A stretch of 61,330 nucleotides of DNA, counting the filler, from Dugesia japonica (taxonomy: Eukaryota): the NCBI GenBank assembly GCA_001938525.1. It is 4 parts of 4 records of this genome, joined end to end, with 100 filler letters (N's around TTAATTAATTAA, not from the genome) between each part and the next. Parts side by side here need not be neighbours in the genome. Positions count along the whole stretch, not along the records: positions 20,115 to 33,369 come from MQRL01502738.1; positions 33,470 to 48,654 come from MQRL01574543.1; 2 more parts are not named here. The stretch is one strand, 5' to 3'. Below the pieces are notes generated by a model. The model did not search any database. It had not been told where the DNA came from and saw only the letters and a program-made list of their open reading frames with translations. Made by a program: the position numbers and the translations under genes. Of this stretch, positions 22,443 to 37,300 are shown piece by piece; within the stretch, counting starts at the first letter, position 1, and the number at the start of each line of letters is the position of its first letter.

Positions 22443-24819
22443 CTGAAATTAAGTTACAAGCAAATAAAATTAAATATCAATCAAATTTCACCAATGTCTT
22501 ATGAATTTAATTTAAACTAATTGTTTTACAGGTTATTTTATTATTAAATTACTTTTTTAAAATTAAATTAACTTACTTTTGTTTAAAGGAGAGATTTAAA
22601 TTGTTGATGAAAAATTTAAATAACATGTTCGGTTTAATGTTCCTGAAGAAGACTATTGTCGAAAATTTGAACTTTTTTTACAAATAAATTTTGTTTTGTT
22701 TTGATCGAAGCCTTATCTTATTTTAATGAAATCTCAAATCCGATCAATGGTTAAGTCTAACAATTATTATCACAATAATTGTAATTATAAAATTAAAGTA
22801 AATTTATTTTAAATAAATAAATAAAATGTTTTAAATAAATTAAAGTAAATTAATTTTAAAAAATGATCACCAATGAAAACATGGGATTTTAATTTGATTG
22901 AATAAACAAATAGTGTTAATCATAGTTTTTATTTTGAAATAAATTTTATGGAATTGAATTTTGATGTTGATAATCCGAATTCTCAAAACTCATCTAACAG
23001 TTTGTATAGCCATTTAATATGGTGGAAAGTGTCAGTTTAACCATTCGATAATCAACAGACTAACAACAATAGTGAATGCTACAATAAGTTTAATAAAAAA
23101 CATCAATCCATTAAGAAGAAAATAAATGACTGACAAATGAAGAATTTCTTAAAGATGTTAATTAGATACGTTACGTACGCATCAGAACATCCTCCGTCGT
23201 GGAGAAAATGTTTTAAAGTGTTTAAGTATCCACTAATCACATTGTAGCAAAGTCTTTTACACGCAAAATGGTTCGGTATCAATCGATCAGGTTACAATGA
23301 AATACGCAAAAAGTTCCGTATACCGGATGCGGCCCGCTTTGAACATTTTTTTGGTTCTCGAGATTTACACTTTTACAAAATATATATTTTCAATAATATA
23401 CATTTTTTTTAATTTAATTTATATTTTTTATATTTCATTTTAAGTGTCATATAGTTTTTTACAATGTGCGTTTAATATCATTATTATTATATTATTTACT
23501 CACTATGTTACAATTTTTCACTACGAAAAATTGTCTATAGATTTAGACTATAAATCTAATATGTAGTTATAGTTTTATATGCGGTCAGCGGAGTTATGAT
23601 GCATTTCCAATTTGGCCCTTAAGATCATTTGGATTGTCCACCCATGGTATACACCGATCAGGATGTAAGGATATTTTCCGCGGACAATGTAAATTTGAAT
23701 GTTTTAACTAAATGAAAAAATGTTCACAGATAATTTGAATCATTGTTTTGTTTTTTATTTTGTGAGGGCTCGTGTGGACCTTACTCCTATACACTTATTT
23801 AATCGTATTTCAGCAATTGTCATTGTAATAATTAATAATATCTAGCACAAAACTAAAAAAATAGTGATAAAAATAGAAATAATAATATTTAACATAAAAT
23901 AATAAAATAAATACTAAAAATAAATAATTATTGTAGTCTAAAAATAGTAATTTAAATTTACTATTATTAAATTAATTTACAAAAAAAATAATTAAAGTAA
24001 AATCAAATTTATTTTTAGTAATTTCTACCATTGGAGAATTAATAATGTAAAATAAACCGTATATATTTCTTCAAATATGGGAACTAAAAGACAAAATTAG
24101 GAGCTAGAGCAGGACTATACATTTTGAGTGCTCAAAAATCTAGGGGTTTTCACTGTGTGTGAACAAGCTTTGACATGATGAAAAATGATCCGGTTTCACA
24201 CGTATTTTTTCTAATAACAAACCAAGTTTTGTGTACTATTTAGAATGAACTTTTCTACTAGTCTTTCAAGTCACGGTTATCATGTGTCCTGTTTTACTAA
24301 AAAGAGACTACTGTTTGCATCAAAGTGTTTCGAGTACGAACGACATTTTTAGATTTTTGCTCATCTTAAAAAACTCATACTGTTGACCACTGTTTATTTT
24401 CAAGCTCATATGCATATATTCAAGATTTCTTTCCCATGAAAATATACTAAATAGCTTTTGAAGCACGACGTTTTATTTTTTAAGGATTCCTGTTGTCCAA
24501 TCTATACGAAAATTTTTCTAATCTATCGTTAAGTTTTGCATGATCTAACTGACACACTAAAAATTTTGTAGAATTTAATGCAGCTATAGTTCTTGTGGTT
24601 TTGAAGTAAAATGAATATCTTAAAGAAAATGAAAACCACGCATCCTTCTGCTATTGACGACAATGCTTTAAAACCAAAATCCCAGGAACACCCATTGCAA
24701 GATGTGTTAGAGATAGCAGTTAAGGTTCGTGTTTTGCAATCAATTGCTCTTAAACACTTGAATATGATCGGCAAAGTCAATAATATGAAAAAATTGGTTA
24801 TGTATGATTTTACGGAATT

Positions 24820-25200
24820 CCAGAAGTAGCAACATCTAAACTCAGAAGATATTTTATTGACCTTTTTTTGATCTTATAAATACTTGTGATAAAAAGTGGA
24901 ATATTTATGATAACCTTAAACCGTTCCTAAAATGAAGCTTCATCCGAAGAAGTCTATTCTTACTGGTCAACTACGGGATTTTTCCACATTTATACATCCA
25001 GCTAGCAAAACTATCACTGCAACAACGTGCTGAGAGCAGTTGGAAAAATAACCAAAAACAGCTGACTTTAGTAAATCGAAAAGATCCAGTACTTTTTCTT
25101 TAAAATGTTTGTCTACATGTTTCACGAATTGTCATACAAAAACGACATAAGTTAGAATATGAAAATCTTGATCATTGTACCTGAATCTCAGATTTCTATT
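24820..25200 (+). mobile_element. Mariner transposase remnant
   Basis: TCDKKW.IYDN and PKMKLHPKK...WSTTG remnants; similar to the copy at 36402-37523. Confidence 0.6.
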
Positions 25201-25210
25201 TTTTGAAGTA

Positions 25211-25503
25211 GGTAGATTGGTCAACATAACCCCATCATTTTGATTGGTCAATTCTGTTCCACCCCCCTCCTCCACAGATCGATAATCATTGAATATTGAT
25301 TATTGATTAATGATTATTGATTCTTGATTTTTGATCTGATTGATTATTGATTTTGAAGTGATTTTTGATTTCTTAAGGGATTTTTGATGTGCAAGTTTGT
25401 TTTTGATTGCTAGTAGAAGGGGGAGGGGATTTTAGGGAGGGCAGGGTAAGTGTGTATTGGATTTGACCAATCAAAATAATGAGGTCATGCTTACCAATTT
25501 ACC
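25211..25503. mobile_element. MITE-like inverted-repeat element (~41-bp TIRs)
   Basis: GGTAGATTGGTCAACATAACCCCATCATTTTGATTGGTCAA versus reverse complement GGTAAATTGGTAAGCATGACCTCATTATTTTGATTGGTCAA. Confidence 0.65.
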
Positions 25504-26644
25504 GCGGATTTGTTTTAATTAAGTTTAGTTGTTCGAATTTCAAATATTTTGTTTTAATAAGGAAATAAATTAAGCGGGAAATTTAAATTTCATATAAAAT
25601 TTTCAAATATTTTTTTTGAAATTTTTTTTTGAAATTGTTTTTTCGGTTGGAAATTTAAGAATTTTTCTTATCTTCTTCTTTTTATGTTCTCTATCTTTTA
25701 TTTATTTTATTTTTAATTTTTATTTTTTATTGGGTTTCGATGTTTTATTTGAATAAGGTTTTTAAGTCTGTATCTAATGACATAGATAACTTTTTACAAA
25801 CATTTTCCTGTTGGTTATAGTGACGTGTTTTCGGATTTCAGTTAATAGGTTCCAGTGTTGCGATTTTTTGATAGATTTGGATGATTTCTGCTTTGATTGA
25901 AAGAGGAACATGAGGGACAGGTGATGATGAAAAGCTTTAATAATTCCTATGTGACGTAAATGTAAAAATGTAATTTTTTAAAATGAAAATCGATGCAAAA
26001 TGGGTGTAGGGGATAATTTTCTGGTTTCGGCGGAATATTTGAGTTTGCTATCAAAATTAGTCTATAGGTTGTCAAGGGTAACTATGAGCTAAAAGGTTTG
26101 TATTTTGCACAAATGCAGCTTTTATGCTGCGAAATTTAGTTTCAAGTATATTTTTAAGGTTTTATGAGCTCAAAAATATGAAATGAATCATTTATTAAAT
26201 TACTTTTTAAGTTAATGGTTTAAATCAATAAATTATTAATAATTATTTTCATGCATTGCTTCAGTAACAGCCTTGTTTTCCTTCCATAACATAACATTAC
26301 CTCCTCCGCCATACAACAGTCCAACATAGCAAATCCATTAAGGTCAGATATTATTGATTGAGTCCGTTCATTATTGATCTTATCGACCAGCTTGCATAGT
26401 TTTAAATAGGCAAAGCTCGATTTACAGTATGTGCATCTTTGGTAGCAGTGTTTCCGTCCGTTCACATCCGGACATAAAATTGAACACCACTACAATTGTT
26501 TAAAAGCAATCAGTCATCATCGTCAATAATTGACTAGACTCAGATCCACAAAATGGTAAGGAATTTCAACGTAACTGTTACTTATCCAATACATATAATA
26601 TTTTATATTAATTGCCACATATCAGACATCTTTGACAAATTTTT

Positions 26645-26835
26645 TACCATATTAATTGAACCTTTAAACTTCATAGACCATTTAATAATGGAACCTTTGA
26701 ATTTAGTAGACCATTTAATAATGAAACCTTTACACATCATAGACCATATGAAAATGGAACCTTTAAATATTATTGACCATATAATTATGGAACCTTTAAA
26801 TAACATTGACCATATAAAAATGGAACCTTTGAACT
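26645..26835. repeat. 33-bp minisatellite (about 6 units)
   Basis: GAACCTTTAAAxxxxATAGACCATxTAAxAATG units. Confidence 0.85.
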
Positions 26836-28643
26836 AATTTAAATTCAATTAATATTAAATTAACATTAAATTAACATTAAATTAACATTAAATTAACTTT
26901 TGAAAAAATTCATTTAAAATTTAACATATAAAGAAAATAATAAACTCACAATTTTTTATTTTCATAATAAACTCGTCATAATTGCAATTATGGTAATTTG
27001 AATTAATTTGAAAAAATAAATAAATATATTGATTGTTTAATTTTATTAACCATAATTGTACATAAAATTAAAAATTTAAATTTCATATTATAATTTTTAA
27101 TATTAAATACAATTATGTTAATATGAAATTATGAAATTTATATAATATTAATTAAAAATTTTTTTTATGTATTATGTCCATAGTTACGCTGCATTATTTA
27201 CATAGTTACTCTGTATTATTTACAGCTTAATTTGTCTTAATTGGAATTATGAAATTTATATAATATTAATTTTTAAAAATTTTTTTATGTATTATTTACA
27301 TAGTAACGTATTATTTACATATTAACTGTATATTGTTTCAAAGAGGGGAAAATTTGAGATATTTCTATTATAAAATATGGCTATTAAAAATATCTAAAGA
27401 GTTGAGTCCATGGATATTTACATGTTTAATTATAGAAAATAATCAAAATTAGTCAGTGTGAGTCATGGATATTTACATGATATTTACAGGAATAAAATAT
27501 TTAGAGGAGAATATTTGTATTCATTTATTATATAAATTAGTTTAAAATGTTTATTAGATTATATAAACCCTATATAATGTAAAATTACTGTATAAATACA
27601 TTATAAAATTTAATAAATTTCCATCGAAACCGTATAAATCCATTAAACCCTATATAAAAAACTATAAATATTTTTTAAAAACTAAATTTTAACTAATTTT
27701 CATTTAATCTTTAGATTTATTTGTTATTACTTTTTAAATATAAATTTCTGAAAATACTAAATAATATTACTATACATTTATTTTCAAATTCTCATACATT
27801 TATCTGAAACAATAATAATTCATATATTCTTTTAGTTCTTTTTTGGAGTTTTCTAGACAAATTTCCAGGAAATCTCTTCACAGAAATCACTGCAAAATTC
27901 CATTGTCATAAATTGACAATAATTTTTGTTATAAATGGTTGTCTGTCTTCATCCAACATAATTTTTTTTCCTCCAACAAATCTATTATTACTCTTAAAAA
28001 TAATGAATAAAATATAAAATTAATTAAAAAAAACAAACATGATTTAAAACCTTCAGATTGAACAAATAAAAGCCATGCTTCTGCATCCACATTAATTGTA
28101 GATAGATATTCTTCTTCTTCATTCATATCTACATATTCTGTGGATATATTTTCTTTTCCAATATCTATTATCCCGTTTTGAATTTCAATTTTCGATAATT
28201 TAATATACATTTTATTTTTCAAAGAAAAAATTAATAATGCAATATAATATATATGCATAATAAAAAAACCACAACGTAATATATTTAATTATTTGAAAAT
28301 TAAATATCTAAATTTAAATTGATATCATTTGTAGTTGAGTTATACTTTTATTGCGTCTGTGTTTTTAATTTCATAAATGTTTTCAATCAAATTGAATAAA
28401 ACTGAAATAATCTTTATTCCTAAGTTCAAGTATTACTAATTTTCCTGTCGTGAACATTTTTACGTATAAAATACCATATTTAACATGTCATAAGACATTG
28501 AACAACTCTGGTTCAAACTAACAATTGAATATTTGTGTTCGTTTCATGAAATTTATGACAACTCGCATACGAATATGATTATAGGGTTCTACATGAATAT
28601 AATTATTTATTAATATATCAACCATCCTTGGTTTTGAACATTA

Positions 28644-30067
28644 AAATTTGTATAGTAATTGTATACTTACCCATTTTCTGAATAATTAATTAAAACATAT
28701 CAGTCATCTTAGATTTTGGACATTCGAAGTTGTACGTAATCGTATACTTATCACTTTTAACTTTAAATTGTCATCATTTACCTATTGGAAGACTCATATT
28801 CTTAGTTGTTTATCTAATTAATGAGGAACATTAGGGTTTTGATCGAATCAATTTAATTGATCTGATAAAACAAATTATGTATGTTTATTAGAATTCGTGG
28901 ATTTTATCTTTTTTTATACGATTTTTATAAGGTTTGTGAGTGTACGGGTTTATGAGTATATATAAGGTTTTTGAGTATATATATATAGAGTTTTGAGTAT
29001 ATATGGTTTATGAGTGTATGTGAATCTATTTAAAAAATCATGTGCTATTTATACAATTCAGATAACAAATAACATCATTTAAGATGTATTACATTCAATC
29101 ATATGAATTAAAATGAATAATAATCATTCATTTCCTTTAAAACTGGTAATGTCTAATAGAAACTAACAAAAAAAAGTATATAAGCAGTGGATTTGGTAAA
29201 ATAAATCACTTTTTCAATTCAAAATTGATCTCAATATGAATCAAGTCTAAATGGAAATAAAACATTAAAAAATGCAATTATACACGGATTTGTTGAAGAA
29301 ATTCGATTTCTATGCAAGCTCGAAAAAAGTCCATTGAGTAAACATGACATAAATGTATGTATATTTCAGTGAAATTATCAATATTTGTATGATGTTTATA
29401 TAATTCTTCATAAATTTATGTATATTTTAATGAATATAATGTAATATTTGTATGATATTTGTATAATTGTCGAAAAATGTAACTATAATTTATAAAAATT
29501 ATAAACTTTTGTATGAAGTTAATATAATTCACGATAAATGTATGTATATTTTATTGTACATTATATATATTTGTATACCTATCGAAAAAGGAATCTATAT
29601 TTCAATGGAATTATCTATATTTGTATGATGCTAATATATATCTCGATAAATGTATGTATATTTTAATGAAAACAATATATATTTGTATGATGCTAGTTTA
29701 ATTCTCGATAAATGTAAGTATATTTTAATGAAAATAATGTATATTAGTACGATGTTTGTATAATTTTTGAAAAATGTAAATTATATACATGTGTATGATG
29801 TTTGTATAATTATCAAAAAACATATTTATATTTTGTGTAAATTATATACATTTGTATGATGATTGTATATTTTATTGTAAATTATATATATTTGTATGAT
29901 GTTTGTATAATTCTCAAAAAATGTTTATATTGTAAGTAATTATTTAGAAAAAATCAGTAAGTATACGATTACTATACAAATTTGAATGTCCAAAATCTAG
30001 AGTGATTGATATAGTTTAAGTAATTAATCAGAAAAAATGGGTAAATATGTGATTACTATACAAATTT
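28644..30067. mobile_element. Foldback/MITE-like element with ~110-bp TIRs and internal ~60-bp tandem repeats
   Basis: 28644-28752 is the imperfect reverse complement of 29956-30067; ATATTTGTATGATGTTTGTATAATT repeats at 29340-29930. Confidence 0.7.
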
Positions 30068-31409
30068 ACGTAAATTAAAAGTAGAAAATAGAGTGGCCCT
30101 GGAAGTAAAAGAAGTTAACATTGCTGCATTCAACGTGTTAATTTTGTTCAAATAGGAATTCCGTGGTTTTATGGCATTTTAGTTTTGTTAACTTCTTTAT
30201 TGAGATGATAGTTGTAAAAATTAGAATTATTAACAAAAAATACATCATAATTTAATAAAACATTTAATTGTTTCTCACATAAAAATTTATAGCAAAATTT
30301 TTTGTTTGAAATCTTAAAATTTAATTGCAATGTTTATTTTAATTGGATAATTATCAAAATTTATCTTGAAAATTGAATTCAAGTTTCTGATTATTCGACT
30401 TTGTTTCAATTAATTGAAAAAGCAAAGTTAATTCTTTATTTTATTTTAATAATAAGTTTATAAATATTAATAATCTTCAAAATCTATTTAATCTATTTAT
30501 AGATAATCTATTTAATTTATAAAAACTGAAAAAGTTTTAATGTGGAAGGACTAAAATTCTATTTGAAAGAAAAGATAAGAGAATATCTCAGGGTTTATTT
30601 AATTGTATAACATTATTGAATGGTTTTATTAGATTTTCTTTTTACATATTTACAGTCCATGGTAATTAAAAGTTTTACTGAATTTTTCGCGATAAGGCTT
30701 ATTATTTAACCACGGTGGCCAAATTGTTGTTCTTCTGTATCTTCATTGTAGCTCTATCTAAAGCCGGAAAAATATTATCAGTCTTGGAAAAATTTAGTTT
30801 AAAAAGTTTAATATTGGATCTACCAGTAAATAATAAAAATTTTCTATGAATATTTTTTATGTATTTAAAATTTTATAATATGTAAGCATGTATTTATTTT
30901 TTTAAAATAAATTATAAAAGTGGATTTTAAATAATAATCAATTATAACATTTCTGTAATGGCGGCTCTCGAAATTCTGTTGTTAGTATTTTAAGCTTTTG
31001 CCATTAGAAAATCTGGCCACCCATTATATAACATGATATTTTTATTCCATAAAATATATTTTAATATTTATGTTCTTTTAATTGTTTTTGCTAATTGGTA
31101 TTTCGTTTTCTTTAAGTTTCGTATATCATTTGATTTTTCCAATTATATTTAAGAATAATTGTTGAACTTAAAAACTTATATAATGTTTGTAATTTCCCAA
31201 AAAAAGAGCAGTTCAAAGAGATTTTCTTTATTTAAATTTTTGAATTGTAATTTCCGAATAACTTTGTATAACTATCAAAAAAGAATTAAAGAAAATCTTT
31301 TGGATTCTAGGATTTTACTTTCCATATTCCCAATTTTTAGTTTTAAACTTTGTATTTATCTCGTTAAAAAATTCGTTTTAGCGGAAACTTTTAATTAAAT
31401 TTACTTACA

Positions 31410-31596
31410 TGCCTGAACTTTTCATTTTTTGTTTGAAATTTTGAAAATCAATCTCATCATAAAATATCGGTAATTCTGAATTCTTTGATAAACAATCACT
31501 TTTTGAGGTATAAAATGTGCTTGCTGTTGCATTTACTGGAATGTTGTTGATTAAGTGTAGCAAAATAATAAATAATTTTAATAAATTTAAAGTCAT
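31410..31596 (-). CDS. First exon of a secreted C-type-lectin-like gene
   Basis: Signal peptide MTLNLLKLFIILLHLI, then TFYTSKSDCLSKNSELPIF (helix-1 pattern of CTL domains), then GTAAGT donor. Confidence 0.5.
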
Positions 31597-31859
31597 AATG
31601 GTTTATTGTGAAAAATATAAAATAACATTTAAATTAATAGTTAATATTTTCTAATGAATTTGATTGGTTGAATTTATTTATTAATACTAACTAATTATCA
31701 TGAAAAATTTAAACCAAACAGAATTTTATACTTTTTTAATCAATATAATGTTTAAAAAATATTAAAATTATTTTCAAAAACATTGGTTTGAAATCTTTTT
31801 CCTAAAACCTTTCTTAAAATTAGAATTTTGAATTTAGTAAGAAATTAAATTATTAAAAA

Positions 31860-32485
31860 TGAGGCGAAAGTTGACAAAACAGAAGTGATAGGAACAATTG
31901 ATGAGAAACAGAACGTAGAAATTTCCTTTGATAAGTTGCGAGGAAGACCTAGTATTTCAGTGATGATAAAAGGTAAAAAGTTTGATTGTTTATTAGATAC
32001 GGGAGCACGAATAAATGAAATGAGTATGGAAGGATTTAATCAACTCGGAGAAACAATGTTAGAGAAAAGCGAGGGAAGATTACATTGCGCGAATAACAGC
32101 TCATTGGAGACAATTGGCAAGATACGTGTGTAATTTGTAGTTTCCGGAGTGTTTAAGGAAGTAACATCTATAATAGTGAGAAATTAATACCAGATTTAAT
32201 TGGTGGAATAAAATTTCAGAAAAAAAGTGCAAAATAGACATCAATAATCAACTTGAAAATTTTATTTGCATCATCAAGGTACATTTTAGAAGACTGATAC
32301 AGACGAGCAAACGATTGAGAAATGCAATGGAGATTCTAGAAATAAACAAAGATCATAGATTGACTGAAATTATTCAGAATTACGAGGATGTATTCATGGC
32401 GGAGAATTTGGGCATTGGATGCATTGAATAACAAAGCATCGAATAATCACTAAGGGAGGTCCAATTAATATAAAACCTTATCCTC
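31860..32485 (+). mobile_element. Gypsy LTR-retrotransposon pol fragment (aspartic protease to RT linker)
   Basis: CLLDTGARIN; KHRIITKGGPINIKPY; stops present. Confidence 0.85.
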
Positions 32486-32743
32486 NNNNNNNNNNNNNNN
32501 NNNNNNNNNNNNNNNNNNNNNNNNNNNNNNNNNNNAAACCAAACAGAATTTTATACTTTTTTAATCAATATAATGTTTAAAAAATATTAAAATTATTTTC
32601 AAAAACATTTCAATGTCGAATATAAAAAAAATGAAAGACATGATTCTTCATTTAAAGTTATGTGTTTTGGTTTGAAATCTTTTTCCTAAAACCTTTCTTA
32701 AAATTAGAATTTTGAATTTAGTAAGAAATTAAATTATTAAAAA

Positions 32744-33369
32744 TGAGGCGAAAGTTGACAAAACAGAAGTGATAGGAACAATTGATGAGAAACAGAACGT
32801 AGAAATTTCCTTTGATAAGTTGCGAGGAAGACCTAGTATTTCAGTGATGATAAAAGGTAAAAAGTTTGATTGTTTATTAGATACGGGAGCACGAATAAAT
32901 GAAATGAGTATGGAAGGATTTAATCAACTCGGAGAAACAATGTTAGAGAAAAGCGAGGGAAGATTACATTGCGCGAATAACAGCTCATTGGAGACAATTG
33001 GCAAGATACGTGTGTAATTTGTAGTTTCCGGAGTGTTTAAGGAAGTAACATCTATAATAGTGAGAAATTAATACCAGATTTAATTGGTGGAATAAAATTT
33101 CAGAAAAAAAGTGCAAAATAGACATCAATAATCAACTTGAAAATTTTATTTGCATCATCAAGGTACATTTTAGAAGACTGATACAGACGAGCAAACGATT
33201 GAGAAATGCAATGGAGATTCTAGAAATAAACAAAGATCATAGATTGACTGAAATTATTCAGAATTACGAGGATGTATTCATGGCGGAGAATTTGGGCATT
33301 GGATGCATTGAATAACAAAGCATCGAATAATCACTAAGGGAGGTCCAATTAATATAAAACCTTATCCTC
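32744..33369 (+). mobile_element. Duplicate of the Gypsy protease fragment (likely assembly/haplotype duplicate)
   Basis: Same sequence as 31860-32485 and ends at the same base before an N gap. Confidence 0.75.
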
Positions 33370-33469
33370 NNNNNNNNNNNNNNNNNNNNNNNNNNNNNNN
33401 NNNNNNNNNNNNNTTAATTAATTAANNNNNNNNNNNNNNNNNNNNNNNNNNNNNNNNNNNNNNNNNNNN
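33370..33469. other. Assembly gap with TTAATTAATTAA linker (also at 20059-20070 and 48699-48710)
   Basis: An identical 12-mer with stops in all six frames is centred in N-runs three times. Confidence 0.85.
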
Positions 33470-33516
33470 TATATATATATATATATATATATATTTATAA
33501 ATGCAATTTAACTTAC

Positions 33517-34255
33517 CCAAATAAGGTATACATGGTAATTTGAGAAAATTAATATGTTCTCTTAATTTTTCATAATTGTTTTCACTGGAAAAAAGCTCTT
33601 CCATTCTACGAAATGTAGTCTTATCTTTATTTGAAATGTTATTCCAAGTATGTTTTAATCTGTGTATACATTCTACTTGTAATGCAGACATTACAGCCAT
33701 TCCAGATGAGAGATTATTGTAATGATCGACCAATTTCTAAATTGCAGTTGTAAATATTAATTAAAAAACAAAGATATATTCAATTATAAATTAACAGTTT
33801 ATTTGTTCGTTGGATTAAAAATAAAAAATGGAAGAAATAATATAATAAACATTATGATAAAGATTCTATCAAATATAAATACATTTCTGATCGAGATGTT
33901 CAAAGTTTGAGAGAAAATTCTACAAATGAGAAATTATTGCAATTTTGGAAATTTTGAGGTGATTTAAAATTGAATTTACAACTTTGGAATGTAAAGATTA
34001 CGCAATTGAAAAAAATAAAATGCAAGTGTAAATTACACAATTAAAATGCTAGTACTGCATGCATGTATTGTAAATATTGTTCGAAAACCATTCGAAAAGC
34101 CGCTGGTATAGTATATAGATTGTATCTTTTATCATTCAATTTTAAGACAATGAATTACTTTATTTTATATTTTGTATGCATTTGAATAAATTAACATGCA
34201 AATTAAATGAAATTTAATTGAATTCTCAATACATATTTTAAAATTAATAATAATG

Positions 34256-34310
<55 letters not shown>

Positions 34311-37300
34311 NNNNNNNNNNNNNNNNNNNNNNNNNNNNNNNNNNNNNNNNNNNNNNNNNNNNNNNNNNNNNNNNNNNNNNNNNNNNNNNNNNNNNNNNNN
34401 NNNNNNNNNNNNNNNNNNNNNNNNNNNNNNNNNNNNNNNNNNNNNNNNNNNNNNNNNNNNNNNNNNNNNNNNNNNNNNNNNNNNNNNNNNNNNNNNNNNN
34501 NNNNNNNNNNNNNNNNNNNNNNNNNNNNNNNNNNNNNNNNNNNNNNNNNNNNNNNNNNNNNNNNNNNNNNNNNNNNNNNNNNNNNNNNNNNNNNNNNNNN
34601 NNAATATGAACATTGGAAACATTAAGAGCGTTTCCACAATCTATACAGTGCATCAATCGATTCGCAAATATAAACACAACTAAACATATCTTAAAATTTA
34701 ATATATATAATCGAAATCATAGATCAAATACAAACAAAAATTAACACACAGAGTGTATCAAAAAATAAGGAATACACCATTAATCATCAATAGGATAGGA
34801 ACAGAAAATTTAATTGCATGTGTGTATGTCTATAATCCATATAAAAATTTTAAACATATTAAAATTAATGATATTTTAAGAAGTACTTACTTTAATAATT
34901 CTAATGAGATAAGAAAGCATCTCAGAACGCCTATTTATGTCTGTACATTCGAGAATGACTTTTTGAGCCCAGAAATTCAGTTGATTGAACCATCGCGTTG
35001 ATGCAACAATTGCCGGTGCATGCATATGTTTTGACAAACCAGTCCATTTGAAAGACATAAACTCCTAAATTTCAATTGTTAAACTTCAAAAAAAGAATAC
35101 GCAAAATGTTTGCTATGTATATTTTTTATATATTAAAAACCAATTTGGAAAGTTAAAGCCGGTATTATAAACTAACAATATACAACTAAGGTCAAGTGTG
35201 AAAAGTTCATATCTAGCATTATTGTAATGCATTTTATCAAATAGGCATAATTAAAATAGATTTGTTAAATAACTAATTTTAATCACATAAACATATTCTG
35301 CGATATAAACTGGATTCTGTATATCAAGACACAGTTAACAGGAAGTCATGAAATTCAACATAAATTTTCAATTAAAAATTTATTATATATTTTAAGAAAA
35401 TCAAAATTTAGAATTTTTTTTATTAATACTTTCAATTAAAATTATTGTTTTACAAATTATTTTTCTAATTGAAAAAATAAACTTGTTATTTTAAATTTGA
35501 TTAAAAACCGGTTAGTTTGTATTTCTCATAAATTTGTCCTAAAATAATAAATTCCAATATGAAACAGGAATAATAATTATTATTATAACTTTAAAAAGAA
35601 CAACAAACTCTGGATTATTTCATATTTCTCTACGTTGATAATTACAAGGTTCAAGTTATTTAAAAAAAATCACAAGTGACAATAAGTTGATAATATAAAT
35701 TTTTTGAAAATCTACAAAGCTTTCTCGAAAAATTCACATAAGAATTGAATCGAGAAAAATTATTTAATTTTACCACAATAAAATTTCAGTTTTATTCAGA
35801 ATTAAATGTTTATTTAATCAATTTAATTTGTAATTATCAAATAAAAAATTTTTAAAAAATTTGATTTAGTTAGATTTCAAATAATTAAAATGTATTCAAA
35901 AATATCTTAAAAAAGAATTTTTAATTTTATTATTTCAAAATCCCACTGAAACTAGATTAAATACCGATTTCTTACAGAAAATTTAAAGACAACTTTGAAT
36001 TAATTGTTATCGTCAATCAGTGTACATAAATTTTAATAAAATAAAGATTCGTATCGCTTTCAATTATTTTCCCCTTGTATAACATCAACTTCTGGAAATA
36101 ATGAAAATTTTAAATTTGCCTTTNNNGATTTATTAGTAATTATTCATTCATACGAACTATTTACATAAATAGTAGTGATATTTTAATAAAACACTTGTCT
36201 AACTAGTTTTAAATTTTATTAATTTAATATTTATTATTTTTCTATTCAATTTAAATTATAGAAAAAAATATTTTTCTCCTATTTCACTGAATCTTGAACA
36301 GATATCCATTCTATGAAGATCTCATCATCATTAAAGATTAAAGCTGACTGATATGTTCTTATCCATGACGAAACATGAACATCATTGGTTTTTAAATATT
36401 ATTAGGTCATTCGGAAAGTAATATCGAATTTTTCAATATCTATTTCTAATAGGATTTTTTTTTGTAAAATATAATTAACAAACATGTTTTCTATATATTA
36501 CAAAGGTTTTCATGGAAATTACATTAATTTTTAATTATCAGTGGACAAATTAGTTACCATGTACAGAATCGCTTTTTGACCATTATACTTCAGCAATTTG
36601 AACTCGATCACAATGCAGCATAAACAACTGAAAATGTAATCAATGCTTGGCGAGATGGTACTGCAGCTCAGAGTACCATGTAGAGATTGTTCCAGAAGTT
36701 CGGAAGTGGAGATGAGTCTCTTAAAAATAATAAAATAAACGGGCGACCTTCTGCTGACGATGTTTTAAAACTAATATTCCACCAAGACCAAAACAAAGTC
36801 TGTCGAAAATAGCAACGAATACACATATTTCGAAATCAAAACGAGTGCCGCATTACCGTACAAAATCTACGTGAAAAAAAGATTAAATGTAGCAACATCT
36901 CTCCTAAGAAAATATTTCTTCTTGGATCGCATCATTATTTGTGATGAAAAGTGGATTACTTATAATAACCACAAACGTTCTACTAAATGAACCTCCATAC
37001 AAAAAAGTCTGTTTACTGTATGGTGGTCAACTATGGGAGTTATTCACTTTTCTTAATACTAGCCTGACAAAACAAGCATCGTATTGTTAGCAGTTAGAGT
37101 ACATGCACAAAACATTAGTGCTAAAACTACTGACATAAGTTAATCGAAAGAATCCAATACTCCTACACGACAATGCACGTTCCCATATTTCACGAATTGT
37201 CGTGCAAAAGCTACAGACCTTAGGATTTGAAACTCAGGCTAACCCATAATTCTCAACAAACCTGAGTGAGCAGTCACAGTTCTTCGTTTCTTTAAGGGTC

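Noticed and set aside
26220-26520. Cys-rich minus-strand ORF
   Set aside because: No recognisable motif spacing; probably a decayed transposon fragment that I cannot assign.
26553-26837. ORF with an 11-aa EPLNxIDHxxM repeat
   Set aside because: Explained by a 33-bp minisatellite that is open on both strands; no splice or domain support.
31710-33369. Tandem duplication of a Gypsy protease region
   Set aside because: The copies abut N gaps and end at the same base, differing by one indel; likely uncollapsed haplotypes. The same pattern occurs at 44660-45213 and 58787-59316.
34165-34677. Long ORFs with poly-I/L/N and X runs (also 38115-38342, 45187-45408)
   Set aside because: Artefacts of (AAT)n microsatellites and N gaps.
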